Below are positions 1 through 8,013 of a DNA stretch of 40,703 nucleotides, piece after piece. The position numbers and the translations under genes are program-made. The stretch spans positions 357,996 to 398,698 of the forward strand of contig AP026679.1 in assembly GCA_025999155.1 (NCBI GenBank). Direction: 5' to 3'. Each line of letters opens with the position of its first letter. The stretch's first letter is position 1. Under the pieces are notes generated by a model. That model searched no databases and was not told the DNA's origin. It worked only from the letters and a program-made list of their open reading frames with translations. This stretch comes from Candidatus Dojkabacteria bacterium. GTDB lineage: Bacteria; Patescibacteriota; Dojkabacteria; JAOAGR01.

Positions 1-1268
1 TAAGCCCAATAGATATCCATGACATTGTATGTAAAATAGGTGAAATCGTAGTTGTCGGAGGTGTGAGACGTAGTGCATTGATTTCATTATCAGATCTTGA
101 TGATACAGCAATGCGTGATGCTAAAGTCGGGCGATTCTGGGAAACAGCTCCATACCGTGCAATGGCTAATAATTCGGCAGTATACGAACATAAACCAACA
201 GCAACAGAGTTTTTAGAAGAGTGGTTATCATTAGTAAAATCAGGCACTGGCGAAAGAGGTATATTTAACCGAGAAAATCTGTTTAAAACATTACCCGAGA
301 GACGATTACGAGCATTAGATGAATCTGTAATCTGGAATATGGGATGCAATCCGTGTGGCGAAGTAATGCTTCAAAATAAACAATTTTGTAATTTGACAGA
401 AGTTGTAGCACGCAAAGAGGATACTGTAGACACGCTTTTGTCAAAAATCCGCATAGCAACGTTACTAGGTACTTACCAGGCAACTCTTACTGATTTTGGT
501 TATTTGTCTAAGGAGTGGAAAAAAAACTGTGAGAAAGAAAGGCTGCTTGGTGTATCCATAACGGGTCATTACGACTGTCCAGTAGTACGTAATCCAGAAG
601 TGCTACACAAGCTCAAAACGGCATCTATAAAATTCAATAAAGAATATGCCAGAAGACTTGGAATTAATCCATCAACTGCGATCACAAATGTCAAACCTTC
701 AGGAACTGTTTCTCAAATAGTTGACAGTGCTAGCGGTATACATCCACGCTATGCTCCGTATTACATTCGTAGAATACGTATAGCGGCAAGTGACCCTCTA
801 TTCCAACTAATGAGAGATCAAGGAGTACCTTACCATCCAGAAGTAGGCCAATCACCAGAAAATGCAAATACCTGGGTACTTGAATTTCCAGTCAAATCTC
901 CAGAGAATGCGATTTGTCGTAATGATATTACAGCTATAGAACAGTTAGAATACTGGAAAACAGTAAAAATATATTATTCAGAACACAACCCTTCAGTAAC
1001 TATTTATGTTGCTGATGATGAGTGGGTAGAAGTTGGTAACTGGGTTTATAAAAATTGGGATCTAGTTGGTGGCATTGCATTCTTACCTAAATCTAATCAT
1101 GTATATCAGCTTGCTCCTTATGAAGAAATAGATGAAGCTACATATAATCGTCTTGCTGAAAAATTCCCCAAAATAGACTTTTCACTAATAACCGTATACG
1201 AAACAGATGATGCTACAGAACAAAAGCAAGTAATGGCATGCAGTGGTAGTGGTTGTGAACTCAACTAG
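1..1268 (+). CDS. nrdJ: Adenosylcobalamin-dependent (class II) ribonucleoside-triphosphate reductase, 5'-truncated by the window
   Basis: Frame open from position 3 (SPIDIHDIVCKIGEIVVVGGVRRSALISL); NPCGE thiyl-radical motif, FCNLTEV, KPSGTVS, C-terminal CSGSGC redox pair. Confidence 0.92.
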   Translation, partial: SPIDIHDIVCKIGEIVVVGGVRRSALISLSDLDDTAMRDAKVGRFWETAPYRAMANNSAVYEHKPTATEFLEEWLSLVKSGTGERGIFNRENLFKTLPERRLRALDESVIWNMGCNPCGEVMLQNKQFCNLTEVVARKEDTVDTLLSKIRIATLLGTYQATLTDFGYLSKEWKKNCEKERLLGVSITGHYDCPVVRNPEVLHKLKTASIKFNKEYARRLGINPSTAITNVKPSGTVSQIVDSASGIHPRYAPYYIRRIRIAASDPLFQLMRDQGVPYHPEVGQSPENANTWVLEFPVKSPENAICRNDITAIEQLEYWKTVKIYYSEHNPSVTIYVADDEWVEVGNWVYKNWDLVGGIAFLPKSNHVYQLAPYEEIDEATYNRLAEKFPKIDFSLITVYETDDATEQKQVMACSGSGCELN

Positions 1269-1292
1269 TATCCTACTGTCTAAATATAATTT

Positions 1293-1333
1293 AATCAAAA
1301 CTCCCTCAACGAACGAGGGAGTTTTGATTTTTT
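1293..1333 (+). terminator. Intrinsic terminator after nrdJ
   Basis: 15-bp stem AATCAAAACTCCCTC / GAGGGAGTTTTGATT, 7-nt loop, followed by T run. Confidence 0.85.
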
Positions 1334-1373
1334 CCTAGATTCAATCATTATGTATCTGATACATACAACGAAC

Positions 1374-1401
1374 TTGAATAAACTGTAATATGGTGTAGAA
1401 T
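1374..1401 (+). promoter_or_regulatory. Putative sigma70 promoter of the recombinase gene
   Basis: TTGAAT-16 nt-TAGAAT, with a perfect palindrome TATGTATC-T-GATACATA (1349-1365) just upstream. Confidence 0.5.
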
Positions 1402-1439
1402 ATGTCTAGGTAGTGAATTTATAGGTAATTGTTATAAGT

Positions 1440-2303
1440 ATGCAAAACATAATTCAATTATTTGAAAATAAGCTCAGAGAGGAAGACAAATCAATATATA
1501 CTATTATCGCTTATAAGAAGGATATAGAACAATATATTGATTTCTGCACCAAAGTCAGAAATAAAGAACTCAGAGACATAGATGCTGAAGATATCAAAGC
1601 ATTTATAGAAGATCTTAAGGAGAAGGGGTACACGATGAAAAGTATTTCTCGCAAGTTGAATAGTATTCGTACCTTTTCTCGATTTGCACTTGAATCTAAA
1701 TACATCGATAAGAATCCTGCTCATTCAATACCCCATCCAAAATTTGAATTACGTATGCCTAGAGTATTGACAACTCAAGAATACAAAGCTCTGCGCGATA
1801 CCTGTCGAAGAGATCAACGGCTTTATTCGATTGTAGAGTTACTACTACAAACTGGAATGAAAATTGGGGAGTTATGTAGACTATCTCTTGATGACATAAT
1901 ATATGAAAATGGTGTACCAGTACGCCTTATAATTAGAGCCTACGAATCAACACCAGAGAGAGAAGTAATATTGAACGAAGCTGCTGCTAATGCAATCATT
2001 GATTACTTAAAGATAAGGCCACAACATGAGAAAAGCACACATCTGTTCCTCACTAAATCCGGTAAACCGATGCTGATACGAAATGTCAGATTTTATCTTG
2101 ATAGGGCCTTTAAAAAAGCTGGGATTGAAAATGCTACAGTGAATGATCTTCGTAACACCTTTATAGCTCATCATTTGGCTAGGGGAACAAGTATTTTATT
2201 TATCTCTAAGATGGTAGGGCATAAAAGACTATCTACTACAGAAAGATATGCTAACTTATTAGGGTTAAGTAAGCTAAAGCCAGAGACTCTCGATGTACTC
2301 TAA
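1440..2303 (+). CDS. XerC/XerD-like tyrosine recombinase with non-canonical catalytic residues
   Basis: N-terminal SAM-like domain (TIIAYKKDI, SISRKLNSIRTF, NPA); LQTGMKIGEL, NDLRNTF, VGHKRLSTTERY boxes. Confidence 0.85.
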   Translation: MQNIIQLFENKLREEDKSIYTIIAYKKDIEQYIDFCTKVRNKELRDIDAEDIKAFIEDLKEKGYTMKSISRKLNSIRTFSRFALESKYIDKNPAHSIPHPKFELRMPRVLTTQEYKALRDTCRRDQRLYSIVELLLQTGMKIGELCRLSLDDIIYENGVPVRLIIRAYESTPEREVILNEAAANAIIDYLKIRPQHEKSTHLFLTKSGKPMLIRNVRFYLDRAFKKAGIENATVNDLRNTFIAHHLARGTSILFISKMVGHKRLSTTERYANLLGLSKLKPETLDVL

Positions 2304-2313
2304 ATGGTATTTT

Positions 2314-2808
2314 CTAATTCATACCTCTACGATTCACAAGTGCGTTACATAAATCTGTACTTATCGATATAGAATATGTAGTCTTACGACCGGACCCTAA
2401 CTCATAATCCAAGGTATAGATAATTATATAATTACGCATCACTCCAATTAGATAAGGGGAACCTTTAGGATCTTTTCTATGAATATCAATGAAATCATCG
2501 GCCTCTTCTAGAGTTGCAATAGACACGCCACCTCTGGGATTGCCCTTATCATCAACCAACAATTCAGGAAGATAAGTATTAGGGAGAGGTGTAGACGTTC
2601 TTGGACAATTTTTTGTCTCATTGATAAATCTTTCTATCTCACTTTTTATATTATCTAGATCCTTACGCCTTATATCATTACGATAATTGATTTGGAATGT
2701 CTCAAATAAAGAGAAGTTAAAAATTATTAGAAATATATTTGCTAACACTATTATTCCTGTGATAAACCAAACTATGATTTTACGGTTAACTTTTACGAAA
2801 TCTCTCAT
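2314..2808 (-). CDS. Pilin/pseudopilin (GspG)-like single-TM protein
   Basis: N-terminal hydrophobic helix, then RNDIRRKDLDNIKSEIERF and DPKGSPY, which resemble pilin-like heads; no G|FxxxE cleavage site. Confidence 0.5.
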   Translation of the reverse strand: MRDFVKVNRKIIVWFITGIIVLANIFLIIFNFSLFETFQINYRNDIRRKDLDNIKSEIERFINETKNCPRTSTPLPNTYLPELLVDDKGNPRGGVSIATLEEADDFIDIHRKDPKGSPYLIGVMRNYIIIYTLDYELGSGRKTTYSISISTDLCNALVNRRGMN

Positions 2809-3989
2809 AGCTCTAGTTGTTTTAAATTTCGATCAGTCACTATTTCATGCGGTTCTACTCTACCGAGAAATATACCGACAAAAGCTGAAACCATAGGCAC
2901 AAATACTACAATATTAAACAAGATTAAAAACCCTATAGATAACATTTGAGACAAAGAACTATTATTCACTGCCTGTAAAAAGTATTCTTCATTTGATCCT
3001 AAAGCTACAACACTGATAAAAATAGCAAAAAATAAACCGAAAAGGGTCAGAAAAATATGATTTAAGGATTTTAAAATGACGCTTGCAATATGCTTCATCA
3101 GATTAATCCTTGAAATATAATTATCCTCCTTTTTCTTCTTAATACCTTCTTTTAACAATTGTTCAGCAAAAACTACGCTAATTGGATAAATTACTAATAA
3201 AGCAAATACATACATCATTACTACCCGTGCATCATTGATAGTGTAAAAAAACAAATCAAACAATCCGACATCAAATATATGAATAGAACGCATTGCAAAA
3301 GCGATAATTAATGCCAATAACTGATTGACAAATATACTCAAAGTGAGAACTAAAGCAGGAGTCTTTTTCAAGAAAGTACGGTATGCATAAAAGTAAGTTG
3401 CAATAATCTGCCATAAAAAGAGCCCTCCAAAAGTCAAATAAGTACTTCGTCTGTAGAAGAAAATCACAATTAAACCAGACACTAGAAATATTAATAGTAT
3501 TTGTATGAACTTGATATTATTTCTTGCCCCTGAAACAATAAAAAATAACCCCAATAAGATAATAGCCCATACAAACATATTCTCTTGACGATAGTAACTA
3601 ATAAATGTTATCGGCGAACCAGGAGCCAAATACTGTGTAGACTCAATTAAAACTTTGTCCCCTACTACCAATGGTTTTTTGAATTGGGCATTTGGAAACA
3701 CAAAGGTCGTTTCTATAGAATCCTTTCTGATACCAGCAGGAGTTTCTACATCGACTTCTAAAGTCACAAGCTGGCTATTGGATTCTTTAGTTTTGCTGAT
3801 CTCATCGACTTCAGCAGCATCGACAACTGTTGCTATAAATATCTTTGTGTCTTCAATTTCCTGTACTGCTTGTTGTACTGTCTTTTGCGATTCATCCTGA
3901 TTCTGGGCGTACGCAATATTTGCAGAATTTATAGATAAATTTAATGATAAGAAAAAGACCGACAGAAATACTTTTAAAATATTCGACAT
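2805..3989 (-). CDS. YibE/F-like multi-pass membrane protein
   Basis: Signal-like N-terminus, beta-rich extracellular part ending LVVGDKVLI...YYRQ, then about 7 TM helices; 4-nt overlap with the next gene. Confidence 0.6.
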   Translation of the reverse strand: MSNILKVFLSVFFLSLNLSINSANIAYAQNQDESQKTVQQAVQEIEDTKIFIATVVDAAEVDEISKTKESNSQLVTLEVDVETPAGIRKDSIETTFVFPNAQFKKPLVVGDKVLIESTQYLAPGSPITFISYYRQENMFVWAIILLGLFFIVSGARNNIKFIQILLIFLVSGLIVIFFYRRSTYLTFGGLFLWQIIATYFYAYRTFLKKTPALVLTLSIFVNQLLALIIAFAMRSIHIFDVGLFDLFFYTINDARVVMMYVFALLVIYPISVVFAEQLLKEGIKKKKEDNYISRINLMKHIASVILKSLNHIFLTLFGLFFAIFISVVALGSNEEYFLQAVNNSSLSQMLSIGFLILFNIVVFVPMVSAFVGIFLGRVEPHEIVTDRNLKQLEL

Positions 3990-4168
3990 AGTAAGTTATT
4001 AAATAAATTAGTCACGTCTATGTTTGTCATAAGTTCATATTTTAGACTGTAGTATTTTAAAACATTTTTGATTAACTAAAAATCTCGAATAATTTGAAAT
4101 ATTGCTCAAGAGAACTATAAAAGACTCAGGTACTACATTGAAAATATATGTATAAAGAATAGAAAGTT

Positions 4169-5350
4169 TTAGCGAAGTCTGATAACAATTTTTTCAATAC
4201 TATCAGTACTCTCATCTGCATTAAGTAATGTACCAAGACAGAAAAACTCATCATTGTATAAATACACGATTTCAAAGCCATTTACTAAGCTGGCAATTGT
4301 GTTATCTACTTTACATTTTAAACCTGCTACTTGAAATTGCATCAAATTTGTATTCTCAGTTATAACAATCATTTCCTGATCATATCTTATACCGTCATAT
4401 CTAATAATATACGGAGCAAATGCGATATTTTCGGAAGCAAACTCGACTTCGATTTCTTTTAAAGTTTCTTCAATAATTGGTAGGAATCGTTGATTTAATT
4501 CAAATTCGAGATCCTGGCCATGTGATAATGTATACGATCTATCTGGTAAAAGATCACCACTTAGAAGTCGTATGCCGTTATTGATTGAGGGCACATACAA
4601 TTTATGGACATTACTTTGTGAGGTATCAATCAAAGTAGCATTATAATAAGCTAGTATTTCCTTGAAATCTTGAGACCCCCAATTAATTGATGATAATGTA
4701 GTAAAATCATTGAAGGTAGAAGTAGCAGATGCAGGTATTTCAGGACTATCAGAGACAGAAATTGAAGTATCAGACTGTTGCTCCACATTCTTCTCTGACT
4801 TCTTTGTACCAAATACCAAAACTTGTTGACTTCCCGAATCGTCTTTAATAATTATCTTTGTTGTTGGATATAAAAATGTTTGTTGATCAGTATTCACTTC
4901 GTTATCTTGTTGTAATACATCTTCTAATGGAATTATTGCTTTGTTAGAATTATTCAAAGAGGTATATAGTCTACGCAGTAACGGATTCAAGTTTTGGTGA
5001 GTTTTATTTTGTGTAGATAATTCTGTCTTATTATCTTTGTAAGAAATAGATTTTTGAGCATTATTCAACGAACCTATCCAAGGTAATGTAAAATCCCTAT
5101 AATTAATCCTTGCAGAATAAATGACATCTTGAATATTTTTTGTCAGTGTTTGAATCTGTCCAATGACTAAAAATATTAAACTTGCTGAAATCTCAAATAA
5201 AGGCTCAAACACAGCTATAGCCCGAAAAACCAAATCTGCCGCTTTATTATAACCTTCATCACAGTAGACCTCGGCATTGTGAACCATAGACTCACAAAAA
5301 GTACCATCTAAAATACTCCTACTAGTAATGTTTATTTCCCCTATTTCCAT
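4169..5350 (-). CDS. Hypothetical protein with a Ser/Thr-rich linker
   Basis: 393-aa ORF, no recognised motif; weak hydrophobic segment near the N-terminus. Confidence 0.6.
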   Translation of the reverse strand: MEIGEINITSRSILDGTFCESMVHNAEVYCDEGYNKAADLVFRAIAVFEPLFEISASLIFLVIGQIQTLTKNIQDVIYSARINYRDFTLPWIGSLNNAQKSISYKDNKTELSTQNKTHQNLNPLLRRLYTSLNNSNKAIIPLEDVLQQDNEVNTDQQTFLYPTTKIIIKDDSGSQQVLVFGTKKSEKNVEQQSDTSISVSDSPEIPASATSTFNDFTTLSSINWGSQDFKEILAYYNATLIDTSQSNVHKLYVPSINNGIRLLSGDLLPDRSYTLSHGQDLEFELNQRFLPIIEETLKEIEVEFASENIAFAPYIIRYDGIRYDQEMIVITENTNLMQFQVAGLKCKVDNTIASLVNGFEIVYLYNDEFFCLGTLLNADESTDSIEKIVIRLR

Positions 5351-5549
5351 AAGTAGAGTCTATGTGCTAGCTTTTGACTATTTATAAGATAATAAATAAT
5401 AATTCAGTATACAGAGTTTTTTTGATGAAGAAAATATTAGCAAAGAAATAAAATAGCTCCGTATGACAATAGCAAACTAATCATTTATGTACAATAATTC
5501 ATATTTTGTAGATAATTCTCATAGTTAAATATGTTATAAATAACTCCAT

Positions 5550-8012
5550 ATGACTAAAGAACAAAAATTCTTCAAAGCATTGCAGGATGTTTTTGTAGGA
5601 TCCAAAATTGAAGGACAAGGTGGCTTTGTTAACCTGATGCGAATAAAGTCACAGTACTATAGCAAGATCGAAGACATACTCAAAAAAGACATAGAGAAAG
5701 CACTACAGAATTATCCTTCTTTTCGAGAAGAGCTTTTTGATAAGCTTTATTCATTTTTTAGCAGATATTTCAGCGAGAGCGGATCGATTTATTTTCACTC
5801 TACCCCATTTCACAATAATGTCTACGAAAGAGTTTATACGAATGATCAAGATGTCATTCTTTTCTGGAAGACTCAAATGCTTTATTACGTCAAGACAGAC
5901 AAGATCTTTCGCAGTTTAGAAGTAGAAGTAGATGGATATAGATTTTTCTTTGATGCGTCGAAAATTGAGCTGAAAAAAGCCAATGAAAAGCGAGATCTGA
6001 TCTATGAACTCAAAGAAATTACCGATAATTACACCATAGTCTTCGAAGTGATCTATTCAGAAAGGGGCAAAATCACCAAGACCGAAGAAATACTCAAGAA
6101 AATAAAACAACATAAAATCCTAGTCAATGAAGATCAATTAGAAAGGGCTTTTCGAATATTTGAGAGACAAAGCGAGGTAGATTTTTTTATTCATAAAAAT
6201 GCCAAAGCATTTTTACAAGAACAGTTTAAATTGTGGAGTTATCAATACTTTTGGGAGGGGGCAAAAGAATGGTCAGCAGATAGAATCAACCAACTACAAA
6301 TTCTGAGAGACATTGCATTTAAAATCATTGACTTTATTTCGCAGTTTGAGGATGAATTAGTCAAAATCTGGAATAAACCAAAGTTTGTTAAAAACAGCAA
6401 TTATGTAATCACCCTGGACAGGATCAATAACATTGAATTGATTGACAAGATATTCAATCATAGTGGTTTACAAGCACAAATCAAAGAATGGCACGAATTA
6501 GGCATTGTAGATGAGACTTTCACCGTCGATGATGTCTTCACAAATGACCTAAATGGCAAAAACTTAGTAGAAAAATACCAACACCTACCAATAGACACCA
6601 AATATTTCAAAGACTTAGAAATTGAGATATTAAGTTTATTTGATGATTTAGATAATTCTTTAGATGGCTGGCTGATAAAAAGTGAAAATTATCAGGCATT
6701 GAATACACTATTGCCGAAATTCAAGGAAAAAGTGCAGACGATTTATATTGATCCACCGTTTAATTTAGATTCTTCCGACCAGTTTCTTTATCGCACCAAC
6801 TACAAAGATGCCAACTGGGCTACATTACTTGAGAATAGACTACAAATCGCCAAAGACTGGCTCAATGAAAAAGGAAGTATTTTTGTAAGATGTGATTACA
6901 ATGGTAATTGGATTGTAAGGTGTTTGATGGATGAGATTTTTGATAAAAATTTCAGAAATGAGATTTTTGTTAAAAGAGGGTATGTACCAAAAGGATTAAC
7001 CAATCAATATTTAACAGGCATCGATTCAATATTCTTTTATGCAAAAGATGCTAACAGAATAGCTTTTAAGGGTGCGAAACGAAAAATTAGAGAAGAGGAT
7101 AGACAATGGATTTCTTTGGATATGCCCGGACAGAGAAAAACTTATGAATTACAGGTGAGATATTTCTTTGGCAAACCATGGTTACCTCCAAAGGGACAAC
7201 ATTGGGGGTTATCACAACAAAAAATAACTGAGTATGAAAAATTAGGATGGATAAGAATTAATCACGGCAGAAAATACATTGATACACAAGACAATGAAGT
7301 TAAAGGAATGCCAGAATATCTTAAAGAGCCGGAATTGCTTTTGGATACAAATTGGACCGATATAAAAAGTTATGAAACTCATAACACTTTCTTTGCTACT
7401 GAGAATTCAGAAATATTGCTCAAGAGGGTGATTGATGGAATGGAGTATGATGAACAATCAATCATAATGGATTTCTTCCTCGGCTCTGGAACTACGACAG
7501 CAGTAGCACATAAACTTGGCAGAAAGTGGGTAGGTGTTGAGATGGGAGAGCATTTTTACAGTGTAGTTTTACCAAGAATGAAAAAGGTTTTAGCTTATGA
7601 TAAATCTGGTATTTCAAAAGAGAAAGATGTAAGAGACCATTACAATGAAAAAAATGCCGGTGGCTTCTTCAAATACTACGAACTAGAACAATACGAAGAA
7701 ACTCTAGCAAATTGCAAATACGAAGACGGAGATTTATTCAATACACCAGGCAAAAGTCCATATCAAGAATATGTATTTCTCAAAGATGAAAAGATGCTCA
7801 AAGCACTAGAGATTGACTATGAGAATGACAAAGTCAGAGTTGATCTATCAAAACTTTATGAAAATATCGATATTGCCGAGACACTATCTAACCTAACTGG
7901 CAAATGGATCAAAAAAATTACTGCAGATGAAGTAGAGTTTGAAGATGGCACAAGAGTCAATACAAAAAATCTCGATTATAAATTAATTCAACCTCTGATC
8001 TGGTGGGAATAA
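5550..8012 (+). CDS. mod: Type III restriction-modification methyltransferase (Mod)
   Basis: IYIDPPFN catalytic motif before DFFLGSGTT SAM-binding motif (beta class), with a target-recognition region between them; 1 nt from res. Confidence 0.92.
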   Translation: MTKEQKFFKALQDVFVGSKIEGQGGFVNLMRIKSQYYSKIEDILKKDIEKALQNYPSFREELFDKLYSFFSRYFSESGSIYFHSTPFHNNVYERVYTNDQDVILFWKTQMLYYVKTDKIFRSLEVEVDGYRFFFDASKIELKKANEKRDLIYELKEITDNYTIVFEVIYSERGKITKTEEILKKIKQHKILVNEDQLERAFRIFERQSEVDFFIHKNAKAFLQEQFKLWSYQYFWEGAKEWSADRINQLQILRDIAFKIIDFISQFEDELVKIWNKPKFVKNSNYVITLDRINNIELIDKIFNHSGLQAQIKEWHELGIVDETFTVDDVFTNDLNGKNLVEKYQHLPIDTKYFKDLEIEILSLFDDLDNSLDGWLIKSENYQALNTLLPKFKEKVQTIYIDPPFNLDSSDQFLYRTNYKDANWATLLENRLQIAKDWLNEKGSIFVRCDYNGNWIVRCLMDEIFDKNFRNEIFVKRGYVPKGLTNQYLTGIDSIFFYAKDANRIAFKGAKRKIREEDRQWISLDMPGQRKTYELQVRYFFGKPWLPPKGQHWGLSQQKITEYEKLGWIRINHGRKYIDTQDNEVKGMPEYLKEPELLLDTNWTDIKSYETHNTFFATENSEILLKRVIDGMEYDEQSIIMDFFLGSGTTTAVAHKLGRKWVGVEMGEHFYSVVLPRMKKVLAYDKSGISKEKDVRDHYNEKNAGGFFKYYELEQYEETLANCKYEDGDLFNTPGKSPYQEYVFLKDEKMLKALEIDYENDKVRVDLSKLYENIDIAETLSNLTGKWIKKITADEVEFEDGTRVNTKNLDYKLIQPLIWWE

Positions 8013-8013
8013 T

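Noticed and set aside
5550-8012. Phase-variable mod (phasevarion)
   Set aside because: No simple-sequence repeat tract beyond short A/T runs expected in AT-rich DNA; the ORF is intact
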